The translations under genes and the position numbers were made by a program. A stretch of 32,000 bases of DNA. Source: Acaryochloris marina S15 (GTDB lineage Bacteria > Cyanobacteriota > Cyanobacteriia > Thermosynechococcales > Thermosynechococcaceae). Under the pieces are notes generated by a model, which was given only the letters and a program-made list of their open reading frames with translations, made no database searches and was not told where the DNA came from. Each line of letters begins with the position of its first letter. Position 1 is the stretch's first letter. The DNA is taken from NCBI RefSeq assembly GCF_018336915.1, contig NZ_CP064926.1:150001-182000 (forward strand), given 5' to 3'. Shown piece by piece: positions 1 through 7,873 of the stretch.

Positions 1-1025
1 AGATTGGTTACCTCCGTATGGAACATGTTCCACTTGCCAAATCCGTAATCCTGTAGATCTAGATCTTTCACGACACAGTAGGCCATGAAATTTGAGGGGG
101 AATAGTCATAGCTCAACTGCTTCTGGACTGATTTTGAAAACTTCTCAATTCCAATCATCTTGGCTGCCTTTTGTGGATCCATGTTGCAAATGATCGTATC
201 GGCGGTGAAATCTTGGGTGACGTGAGTGGTGTGATCGATAGTCTGTACACCGTTCACTGTCCTATCGGTTACTAAGAAGTTCACCACTTCTTGATTGAGT
301 AAGACCTGACCACCATTCGATTCAATGACAATAACAAGGGCATTGATAACGGCTTCAAAATGCTGGGTAGGATAAAATGCCCCTTCTTGATAGCTCGTAA
401 ATAGAATGACCCACGCATAGAACGAAAGCTGATTTGGAGGTAGTAAAAAATCAGGCCACTGTAAGGCTAAGAGGGTCTGTGCCGCTTCGGGGAGCCTAAA
501 ACGATCAAACACATTCTGTAGAGTGCTATTGACATACTGAGCAGCTATAGTGCTCTGCCAGCAATGCCGCAGCAGGTTGAGAGGCCGCACTGGAGGCGAT
601 AGGATTTTAAGACCAGCCCGAACTTCGTATACTTCTTTGATAAATTGTTGGATTGACTGCTGATGTTTGGGGAAAAGGTCTGAGAGGCGCTGAATAAGCG
701 TTGATACATCTGAGGTGATATCCAGGGCATAACCCGGCATTCTCATATGGTCAAAACCATGAAGGTCATACCGTTCAAAGGTAATCTCCTTTTCGAGGCC
801 CAATTTTTTGAGCACACGGTTTACTGTATACCCTTCGCCACAATCCCAAACATAGTGAAGTTGAGCATTAAAGGTATATTTTTTCGCCATCGTAAAAGTG
901 TGGCCGAATCCTCCTGGGTGCTCGTGAGATTCTAAGATTTTGACTTTTTTGCCAGCGTTAGCCATCAGTGCTCCAAACACTAGAGAAGATAAGCCACTTC
1001 CGACGATTAAGTAATCTACAGTCAT
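1..1025 (-). CDS. NAD(P)/FAD-dependent oxidoreductase of the phytoene-desaturase/amine-oxidase (CrtI-like) superfamily. The 3' end lies beyond the left window edge.
   Basis: Absent from the ORF track because it runs off the window. I hand-translated the reverse strand from ATG (1025..1023) and checked codon by codon down to about base 361, finding no stop. The remainder to base 1 was translated once without re-checking. The product begins MTVDYLIVGSGLSSLVFGALMANAGKKVKILESHEHPGGFGHTF..., which is an N-terminal GxGxxG dinucleotide fold followed by the E-x5-GG signature of this flavoprotein family. Track ORFs 545..730(-) and 747..935(+) lie inside it in other frames. Confidence 0.8.
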   Translation of the reverse strand, partial: MTVDYLIVGSGLSSLVFGALMANAGKKVKILESHEHPGGFGHTFTMAKKYTFNAQLHYVWDCGEGYTVNRVLKKLGLEKEITFERYDLHGFDHMRMPGYALDITSDVSTLIQRLSDLFPKHQQSIQQFIKEVYEVRAGLKILSPPVRPLNLLRHCWQSTIAAQYVNSTLQNVFDRFRLPEAAQTLLALQWPDFLLPPNQLSFYAWVILFTSYQEGAFYPTQHFEAVINALVIVIESNGGQVLLNQEVVNFLVTDRTVNGVQTIDHTTHVTQDFTADTIICNMDPQKAAKMIGIEKFSKSVQKQLSYDYSPSNFMAYCVVKDLDLQDYGFGKWNMFHTEVTN

Positions 1026-1357
1026 AGAGCCCTCTCAAATGAACTTCAGATGAGCCAGACACCTGGAACAGTAAAGACTAATATTGAAGAACTTATGAGG
1101 CAGGCAATTTTTTAGTTACTGCTAATGCTTACGAGTTCATTGAACAAGGGGTATTCATTAGTAACATTGTGATTCTTTTCCATAAAAGGCTGATGGGGTT
1201 GAGTTAAGGATATAGTCCCAGCATTGCCATATCTATAAATACACTACTGGGTAGTGTTTGACCTCTGGTAGTGCCTTCACAAATTTCTCAATATTATTTC
1301 CTAAGTTGAAAGGTAGCTCTTAATGGTAGGGAGCTATAGACTCTTTGGGAGCGGGTC

Positions 1358-1483
1358 ATGACTGAACAAACTATTCAAGGAACCCAGCAAATCCCTCAAG
1401 AGCAGTGGTTAGCTTTTTGCGATCACCTGCGCCCAAGACTGTATAGGTTGAAAAAGATATCTCAGGGCTGGTGCTTGCAATAA
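1358..1483 (+). CDS. Small 41-aa ORF, possibly a gene remnant
   Basis: ATG at 1358 is preceded by GGGAG about 6 nt upstream. Product: MTEQTIQGTQQIPQEQWLAFCDHLRPRLYRLKKISQGWCLQ. The IPxEQW..F segment resembles the N-terminus of longer small cyanobacterial proteins, from memory only. It is below the track cutoff. Confidence 0.2.
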   Translation: MTEQTIQGTQQIPQEQWLAFCDHLRPRLYRLKKISQGWCLQ

Positions 1484-1560
1484 ATATTTAGGCTCACAAC
1501 GGTACTCAGACGATCTTGAGTTTGAGTTAGTGATCAAATGGTGAATCAGAGGTTACCCCC

Positions 1561-2640
1561 ATGTCACATCATCCAACGCCGAGAAAACGAATTGCTATTT
1601 TACTAGAGAACCAGTTTGAAGCTTCTGAATATCAAGTTCCAAGTACTGCATTGCGTAAAGCAGGGGCCACTGTCTCGGTTATCGGTTCCCGAATGAATGA
1701 GGGGTACCAAGACAGGCATGGTACCGTCACAGTCAAACCTGTTGCTACATCAACTGAGGTGAGGGCTGAGGATTTTGACGCCATCGTTATACCAGGGGGC
1801 CACATTCGTGCCAACCCTAATATGGTCCGGTTGGTTTCTCAAGCAATAGATCAGGGTACCTGGGTAGCGGCTGTGGGCTATGGTCCTCAGATACTCATCG
1901 AAGCAGATCGACTTCGCAATAAGCATGCAACGAGTGCTCGATCGATTCATAAAGATCTCCAAAATGCTGGTGCGATATACGTCAATGAACCTGTTGTCGT
2001 TGACGGAAATCTGATCACAGCCAGACAACCTAGCGATTTGCCGATGTTCACCACCATGCTACTCAAGTGTCTAAACTTGACGATTAAAGGAACTAGGCTG
2101 CCAGAGATTACCGACTCCACCTTTAATTGGTGGAAGTTGGGGGAAGCCTGGGGGGGCTCTAGCAAACAGGAGATTGTTAAAGCCCTCAATACAACCATTG
2201 TTGGGGAACGATATACCCTAGAAGCTTTTAGGCAGTATGGTCATCGCGTTTCCCATCAAGAGTTGCGATTGTTCTTACAGGGTATTAGTTCTACTAAGCA
2301 CTATCATGTGGAGCGATTAGAAGCTCACCTTTATGATGCGTTTGGAGAACGGGTCACTTGGCGGGCCGTGGGTAGTGAAGCTTATGCCGCTCTGCAAAGT
2401 TGGCTGCAGTCAAGTAATGATACATCAATTTTACGGCGTGCCCTTGGCGATATTCAAACTGGGGTGATTGATGTTTATCACTTATGTAACCAACTGACTG
2501 CCCCTCAAACCGTATCAATTTTAGAAGAAGTGGAACACGATCTAGCCAATCATGAACAACGATTAGCAGATCTATACCGGGCTAGATCTGGAGATCATAT
2601 TAAGCCCCCGATGCCCACAACGATCGCTGCAGTCAATTAA
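1561..2640 (+). CDS. DJ-1/PfpI-family domain (N-terminal, about aa 10-180) fused to a helical ferritin-like/DUF2383-like domain (C-terminal, about aa 185-359)
   Basis: The N-terminus aligns by eye with PfpI/DJ-1: IAILLENQFEASEY, DAIVIPGG, and VAAVGYGPQILIEA...VVVDGNLITARQPSDL. The nucleophile-elbow Cys-His is replaced by Gly106-Tyr107 (nt 1876..1881). The C-terminus is E/H-rich and helical (VGERYTLEAFRQYGH, HYHVERLEAHL, EEVEHDLANHEQRL). GAGGT Shine-Dalgarno about 7 nt upstream. Confidence 0.85.
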   Translation: MSHHPTPRKRIAILLENQFEASEYQVPSTALRKAGATVSVIGSRMNEGYQDRHGTVTVKPVATSTEVRAEDFDAIVIPGGHIRANPNMVRLVSQAIDQGTWVAAVGYGPQILIEADRLRNKHATSARSIHKDLQNAGAIYVNEPVVVDGNLITARQPSDLPMFTTMLLKCLNLTIKGTRLPEITDSTFNWWKLGEAWGGSSKQEIVKALNTTIVGERYTLEAFRQYGHRVSHQELRLFLQGISSTKHYHVERLEAHLYDAFGERVTWRAVGSEAYAALQSWLQSSNDTSILRRALGDIQTGVIDVYHLCNQLTAPQTVSILEEVEHDLANHEQRLADLYRARSGDHIKPPMPTTIAAVN

Positions 2641-3540
2641 TCTGATGATTTTCAGAAGGACAATGAACAATGAAAAATCAACCGAAGCCACCCATCACCC
2701 TTAATGTTGATCCAGCCACTCATGACGATGGTTATTCTTAGCGATGTTCCAATTCAAGATCCGCAGAGAAGACTGATCTATTACCATTCGTGAAAACTGA
2801 TGATTCTTTATGAGAACCTGATCAGCGGTATTTAAACGAAGCATTTGTAGCAACAACCCAACTAATCCTTGATCCCATCTGAAAACGCTGTGTTCAAGCG
2901 GTAGACGTTGTGAATGCGATGTCTTGGCTCCTCTCTAGCATAACGTTGAGGATTGTCTGATTGAACCACTCGAACCTGAATGTTAGACTATCAAACTCGT
3001 TGGGATGATCCTGTGCAACTACTGTGATCCACAGTCTGCAAGAATTAATGTCCAGAAGTTAGCGCTAATGCCCTTGGGAGAGTAGTTTCTAACGATTTTC
3101 TAGCCTTCCCCACAATTTGGGGACTAACCACGGGTAACGACAGCCGACAGTGCTGATAATGCACCCATTCAAATTCAGCCTTTTCTAAAGTTTTCCAGGT
3201 CTCACGATTCGGATGACAATTATGCAAAAGCGTTTTCCATAAAGGCGTAACAGCTTCTTGGATTCTACGCTCCCAAGTCCTCGGTTCCGCTGCAACATGT
3301 TCTAGAAAAATAAACAGACCACCAGGTTTCAGAACACGTTTGACTTCACTCAAGCAAGTCTCCAGATGTGTAACTGAACATAAAACATAGGTACTCACAA
3401 CTACATCAATACTATTGTCAGCTACGGGCAATTGCTCAGCAGTTCCCTTAAACACGTTGATCGATGTCAGTCCCTGACGGTCAGCCTCTTGCCTAATATA
3501 CGGATGCAGGCATGGATTCAGTTCAATGCCAATCCAATCA

Positions 3541-3549
3541 ATGTCTGGG
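3541..3549. repeat. Target-site duplication, left copy
   Basis: ATGTCTGGG directly abuts the left IR and is identical to 4982..4990. Confidence 0.88.
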
Positions 3550-3567
3550 CAGCAATTGTAAATTCAA
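3550..3567. repeat. Left terminal inverted repeat of the IS
   Basis: CAGCAATTGTAAATTCAA is the exact reverse complement of 4964..4981. Confidence 0.9.
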
Positions 3568-3571
3568 TATT

Positions 3572-4900
3572 TCATGAGGTATCGGCTGCTATTCGAGGCT
3601 CTGGATCATCCAACATAAACTGGAGCAAATGCTCCCAACTCTCAAAGAGCAAGTATTTGGTCAAAGTCTGAATATCGTGAAAAAAGCCTTGTCGGGTTCC
3701 CCGTTGCTTTCGCATGCGTTGATAAGTGGAGTCCACCAAGTGCAAGACGGTATGAAATAAGAATGCCAACAGGTTGAGTACCAATAGCACAGCAGCAAGG
3801 TTCTTCTGACCATGACCAAAATTATGTTCTAAGTGATAGCCCTTGGTTTTGAGGACATTGTGTCCTTCATTCTCCGCTTTCCATCGGGCACGTCCAGCAC
3901 TGACAATCTCGGCCACACTTTGGTCATTGATGAAATGGTGAGTAATGAACGCGTTGTGATACATAGTCTTTCCATCAGCAGCACGAGTAACAGAGACTTC
4001 GCACCAGTTGACCATCACTGCTGGTAGCTCCTCACGCAGGGGGATGCGATTGTAATAGCGATACTGACAAATTTCATGATAGCGACCGTTCCAGCCCCGA
4101 GTCTCTAGATGCTCAACATCTCCAATACCTTCTAAATACTCTACCCATTCATATAGCTCTGGATGGGAGGAGGGCAAACAGACAAAAATGAAGTTCAACT
4201 CATCCTCTAAACAAGTCTCCACCATCGGTTGACGGCTATAGAGGTCATCGCCAAGAACCGTAATCTTGGCTCCGTCAAACCCTTGAGCATGCCCCTTGAT
4301 CCACCGTTTGGCCGCAGCGGTTTCACTATCCTGTTTCTCCGCACCATCTTGAGGACGAATGAACTCTGGGGCCAGAGAAATGACATGTTCAATTTCCGGA
4401 CAAACGAGGACGGGCAACACGGCGGTGTGCGTATAGGTGACACTCCCATCCCGATGGGTTTTGGTAGAACACTGATCGCAACAAATCCGGTTTGAGGAAA
4501 AATACTCGCTGCCGTCTAGCCCTACCAACAGGTGTCCACCTAGAACCTTATATTGCTCTAGATAACCTCGTCGTAGGAGAACGCTATAAATTTGATAAAA
4601 AATGGGAAACAGAAGACGAAATGCGATCAAGTCCAAAACATTCTTGATTTGGTTGCTCGTGGGGAGTTCTGTTAACTCAAAGAGGGCTTGGGCGTTGTCA
4701 CGACCATGACGACTATGAACATGGCGTTGGTACTCCAGAAACGAAGGACATTGCATAAAGAAGACAGCAAATGCGCCTAATACAATATCTTTGAGACTAA
4801 ATTTGGTGCCATTACTGGGTTGACGTGGATCATCGAGGTGCTCAATGAGCTGATGTAGCCAGTGCAGTAAGAGAGGGAAATTTAGAACACCTTCATTCAT
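3572..4900 (-). CDS. DDE transposase (IS4-superfamily, ISAs1-like N-terminal DPR region)
   Basis: 442-aa ORF inside the IS. The N-terminal LIEHLDDPRQP...IVLGAFAVFFMQCPSFLEYQ resembles the DPR-containing transposase-associated domain. The C-terminal GRARWKAENEGHNVLKTKGYHLEHNFGHG matches the R-W-x-x-E-N signature of IS4-type DDE enzymes. Confidence 0.9.
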   Translation of the reverse strand: MNEGVLNFPLLLHWLHQLIEHLDDPRQPSNGTKFSLKDIVLGAFAVFFMQCPSFLEYQRHVHSRHGRDNAQALFELTELPTSNQIKNVLDLIAFRLLFPIFYQIYSVLLRRGYLEQYKVLGGHLLVGLDGSEYFSSNRICCDQCSTKTHRDGSVTYTHTAVLPVLVCPEIEHVISLAPEFIRPQDGAEKQDSETAAAKRWIKGHAQGFDGAKITVLGDDLYSRQPMVETCLEDELNFIFVCLPSSHPELYEWVEYLEGIGDVEHLETRGWNGRYHEICQYRYYNRIPLREELPAVMVNWCEVSVTRAADGKTMYHNAFITHHFINDQSVAEIVSAGRARWKAENEGHNVLKTKGYHLEHNFGHGQKNLAAVLLVLNLLAFLFHTVLHLVDSTYQRMRKQRGTRQGFFHDIQTLTKYLLFESWEHLLQFMLDDPEPRIAADTS

Positions 4901-4963
4901 CGTCTGGGGCTCTGCAAGTGTATGAATACATCCTCAACGACTACAACCTAGCTTGCCAAAATT

Positions 4964-4981
4964 TTGAATTTACAATTGCTG
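4964..4981. repeat. Right terminal inverted repeat of the IS
   Basis: TTGAATTTACAATTGCTG is the exact reverse complement of 3550..3567. Confidence 0.9.
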
Positions 4982-4990
4982 ATGTCTGGG
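4982..4990. repeat. Target-site duplication, right copy
   Basis: ATGTCTGGG directly abuts the right IR and is identical to 3541..3549. Confidence 0.88.
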
Positions 4991-5296
4991 GGATAGTAGG
5001 ACAAATTAATCCCGGCCCCTGGACCCAGTTCCAAGACAGTACCGTGGAGGTCAGCGAATAGCCAGCGTTTGAGTTGAGCCATAGTTGTAAACTGCTTGCA
5101 CTCTTTCAGCTTGATGGTTTCTTCTGAAACGGTATTGGCCCTTGCCATTCCCCAAGCCAGTAATTGATTGTACATATGGCGTCCTCTTCGATTTTGAGCA
5201 AGGTTGTACGTTTATCTCATTCCTACCAATAATTTTTTTGATCATTACACAGTTGAATTTTTGGTATTTTACCCAAAAGTCTTTGGGTGAAAAGCC

Positions 5297-5983
5297 TTAT
5301 TTCTCTGAGACAGTGCGGAGTGGGATGGGGCGGCCCTCGTAAAATTTGCGCTCAAGCCACCCTAAACTCAACCAGATTATGATGCAAACGATGAAGCTAA
5401 TACTAGCAACTCGGGCTAACTCAACGGTTCTTCCCCAATCTAAGAGATAAAGTTGCGCCGTTATCCAAACCACAAGTGCCCCCATAACCATTCCTTGCCT
5501 TCCTCTCCTGAGTTGGCTCAGTGCAGTCCGACAACTGGCACAGTGAACAGTATGAGAGTGATAGCGTTCGATCACTTGCTCTCGCCCTATCGCTGGGGGC
5601 AATGGCTTATTGGGGAAGGAATCGGCATTGTAGTGCTGCAACCATTGGTGTAATGCCATGACAAAACGGTCAGCTCGGGTTGGCATATAGAAGGCTTGCG
5701 CAATAGGCTTACCCTCTTCCTGCTGGGCAAGATGACGTTCCTGAAGGTACAAGAAAATTTGGTCATCCTCGAGAATAGAATTTTGCAGCAAGTGAAAGGC
5801 CCAACTGGGGGTATAGCGCGTCAATCCTGCTGGCCAGAGAGAGGCAAATTGAAAGGGGAATTGAGCAAATAAACGACATTCTCCCTTACGAATAGGTGTG
5901 CAGTAAGCAACGGTAAGGGTACGGTTCTTTTCCTGAGTGGTTAAATCATGCCACATCAGATTAGGGGCGATGAAGGTGGTCAA
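5297..5983 (-). CDS. C-terminal part of a PaO/Tic55-type Rieske oxygenase (PaO domain, CxxC, two C-terminal TM helices). It lies in frame with the upstream ORF across a TGA.
   Basis: 228-aa ORF. It contains HSHTVHCASCRTAL (the CxxC typical of PaO/Tic55/PTC52 C-termini) and hydrophobic segments GMVMGALVVWITAQLYLL and ISFIVCIIIWLSLGWL. The track start is a TTG only 2 codons after the upstream TGA, in the same frame. Confidence 0.8.
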   Translation of the reverse strand: MTTFIAPNLMWHDLTTQEKNRTLTVAYCTPIRKGECRLFAQFPFQFASLWPAGLTRYTPSWAFHLLQNSILEDDQIFLYLQERHLAQQEEGKPIAQAFYMPTRADRFVMALHQWLQHYNADSFPNKPLPPAIGREQVIERYHSHTVHCASCRTALSQLRRGRQGMVMGALVVWITAQLYLLDWGRTVELARVASISFIVCIIIWLSLGWLERKFYEGRPIPLRTVSEK

Positions 5984-5989
5984 TTGTGT

Positions 5990-6742
5990 TCAAAATTGGC
6001 CTTTTTTAGGACCAACAGCGGTTTCCCAAATCTCATGAAAGCCCTGTCTGTCCGCGTGGTTAATCTCTAGGTCCATAGGGCCAGCAACACTGCGATCTCC
6101 AACAGAACGATGATGGGCAAAGGGTAAATGACTCGGGTCCAAGACATTTTCCAACAGTGTGAGTACATCGAAAGGTAGATCGCGTACCCCATCTAAGACA
6201 ATCCATTCATTGGGTGCTTCTTCTAACGGTGTTACTAACGGGATAGGGGTGTGAGCTGCTTGTTCGGATTGCCCTGGATAAACAAACAACATCCCCTGTC
6301 TCACTGCTGTTGGCAAAGATTGAACACAAGTCCGGCGGGAATCCGCCACTGAGTGGCCACCAACTTGCTGAGGAATCCGACTGCATTGACCTAAACCGGA
6401 GAACGTCCAACCGTGATACGGGCATTCCAGCAAATCATCTGGAGTAAGGCGACCTTCAGATAAGGGAGCCAGCCAATGGGGGCATTGATCAGCAAAGACC
6501 CTCCAAGCTTCTGGTGATTGATCCCACCAAATGACCAAATCTTGTTCTAACAGCGTGAACGTTGACAATTGTGATGGTTCTAAATCATTCACATAGGCAA
6601 TGGGATGCCAAGTTTCTTGCCATGTGAATTGTGAGAGATCTTCTCCACCCGGCAATAGCCATTGCCCATGGGATTGTTCAGCCGTTGAGGATAGTTCAAC
6701 TTCATGAGCAGAGTGGTGAGGCTGATTATGAATAGTACTCAT
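5990..6742 (-). CDS. N-terminal part of a PaO/Tic55-type Rieske non-heme iron oxygenase (Rieske [2Fe-2S] plus mononuclear Fe site), ending at in-frame TGA 5990..5992
   Basis: Rieske motif CPHWLAPLSEGRL...ECPYHGWTF. Mononuclear iron motif ENVLDPSHLPFAHH (E-N-x2-D-x2-H-x4-H). The likely start is ATG at 6742 (GGAG 8 nt upstream) rather than the track TTG at 6748. Confidence 0.85.
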   Translation of the reverse strand: MSTIHNQPHHSAHEVELSSTAEQSHGQWLLPGGEDLSQFTWQETWHPIAYVNDLEPSQLSTFTLLEQDLVIWWDQSPEAWRVFADQCPHWLAPLSEGRLTPDDLLECPYHGWTFSGLGQCSRIPQQVGGHSVADSRRTCVQSLPTAVRQGMLFVYPGQSEQAAHTPIPLVTPLEEAPNEWIVLDGVRDLPFDVLTLLENVLDPSHLPFAHHRSVGDRSVAGPMDLEINHADRQGFHEIWETAVGPKKGQF

Positions 6743-6925
6743 GAACAAACTCCGAAAAAGAGCAGCAAGATATTAGATAAATTCAACTGCATAAACGCTC
6801 GATTTCACCAAATCTAACCTCAAACAGAAGGTCGTCCAAGGAGATATTGGAAAACATAGTTCTACATCAAAGGGATGTTATTGAAAACTAGGTCAACAGT
6901 TTTATCGGTTAACGGTGATATAGTC

Positions 6926-7873
6926 TTACCCCTTGGCATCTATAGGCAATCGGGACTCATTCCATGAGCCCAAAGCCCTATCTGCCTCTACCAAAGACAT
7001 GCCGTTGGCTAGATTTCTCAAAAAAGCCTCAACATGTCTGTGACCAATTGCCTCGCCTGTCATATCTGGTGTACGGGCAGTGAACTCGAAGAATTTGACC
7101 AATGCATAGGCATTGTAGTTAAAAGGACGAAGAGCTAATGCCCATAAGGTTAAGATCCAAATAGGGATAGATTTGATGTGAGGTTCTTGACCAAGAATTT
7201 TAAAGACTAATTCGGCCATTTGTTGATTGCTAAACTTCTCACATCCTCCAACTGGCCGAACTGTGTTTCTCAGTAATGGCTCCTTAATCACCCTAGCCAC
7301 TTCTTCACCAAAATCGAGCGCACTCAAGGGGTTATAAATACTAGAACCATCTCCGAATAGACGAATTACACCCTTCTTTTTCGCTGCGTCTAGGAACTCT
7401 TGTGCATCATTAAAGAATCCAGTGGGAGCAAAGATGTTGTAATCCATCCCTGAGTGCATGATCGTTTGAGCGACCTGATCTCTCGCTTTTGCCAGAGGCG
7501 ATAGACGTGCCATTTCAGATGCATGTAACACGGAAACAAAGATGAAATGTTTGACACCTGAAGCCTTAGCCGCCTCAAAAATATTCAGGTTGGCTTGATA
7601 GTCCACGTCCCAAAAAGTGGGGTGACGGTTGAATGAATGAATGCCGATGGATGAGAAAACAACGTCTATATCCTCACAAAGACCTTTCAACGTGTCTGGT
7701 TGAGTAGCATGGCCCATGAAAATGTCGTCGCACCAATTGGTATTCCTCAGGCGGTTTTTATCACGACATAAGGCACGGACCCAAAAACCTTGTCCATGTA
7801 AAACCTCTAACACACCACCACCAATATATCCTGTGGCTCCTGCTACCAATACTTTTTTCCGTTTTTTACTCAT
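6926..7873 (-). CDS. NAD(P)-binding atypical SDR / NmrA-like oxidoreductase
   Basis: 315 aa. N-terminal Rossmann motif KVLVAGATGYIGGGVLEVL. GGGAG Shine-Dalgarno upstream. Confidence 0.8.
   Translation of the reverse strand: MSKKRKKVLVAGATGYIGGGVLEVLHGQGFWVRALCRDKNRLRNTNWCDDIFMGHATQPDTLKGLCEDIDVVFSSIGIHSFNRHPTFWDVDYQANLNIFEAAKASGVKHFIFVSVLHASEMARLSPLAKARDQVAQTIMHSGMDYNIFAPTGFFNDAQEFLDAAKKKGVIRLFGDGSSIYNPLSALDFGEEVARVIKEPLLRNTVRPVGGCEKFSNQQMAELVFKILGQEPHIKSIPIWILTLWALALRPFNYNAYALVKFFEFTARTPDMTGEAIGHRHVEAFLRNLANGMSLVEADRALGSWNESRLPIDAKG

Larger units (their letters stand above)
3550..4981 (-). mobile_element. Complete insertion sequence, 1432 bp, with one DDE transposase gene (IS4-superfamily / ISAs1-like)
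   Basis: Perfect 18-bp terminal inverted repeats: CAGCAATTGTAAATTCAA at 3550..3567 and its reverse complement TTGAATTTACAATTGCTG at 4964..4981. They are flanked by the direct repeat ATGTCTGGG (3541..3549 and 4982..4990). One 442-aa ORF fills the element. Confidence 0.92.
3045..5175 (-). pseudogene. Class I SAM-dependent methyltransferase (Methyltransf_11-like) disrupted by an IS insertion
   Basis: The 5' fragment (4982..5175) encodes MYNQLL...GTVLELGPGAGINLSYYPPDI, which contains SAM motif I. The 3' fragment (3045..3549) continues PDIDWIGIELNPCLHPYIRQEADRQGLTSINVFKGTAEQLPVADNSIDVVVSTYVLCSV...VLKPGGLFIFLEH. Removing the IS and one copy of the 9-bp duplication rejoins the two parts in frame (..YYPPDIDWIGIE..). 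Confidence 0.85.

Noticed and set aside
545-935. Track ORFs 545..730(-) and 747..935(+)
   Set aside because: Both lie inside the edge-truncated flavoprotein gene, in other frames or on the other strand. The long frame, with its GxGxxG motif, explains the region.
2642-2803. Two CTGATGA boxes (2642..2648 and 2797..2803), considered as a hammerhead-ribozyme core or C/D-box-like signal in the 404-nt convergent spacer
   Set aside because: There are no adjacent helices and no GAAA / cleavage-site arrangement to complete a hammerhead. A 7-mer occurring twice in 32 kb is unremarkable.
5990-5992. The in-frame TGA in the Rieske oxygenase as a selenocysteine codon
   Set aside because: PaO-type oxygenases are not known selenoproteins. 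The position is not a recognisable redox Cys site, and I see no obvious SECIS-like hairpin immediately downstream. A nonsense mutation or sequencing error is far more likely. It remains a check item under the finding.
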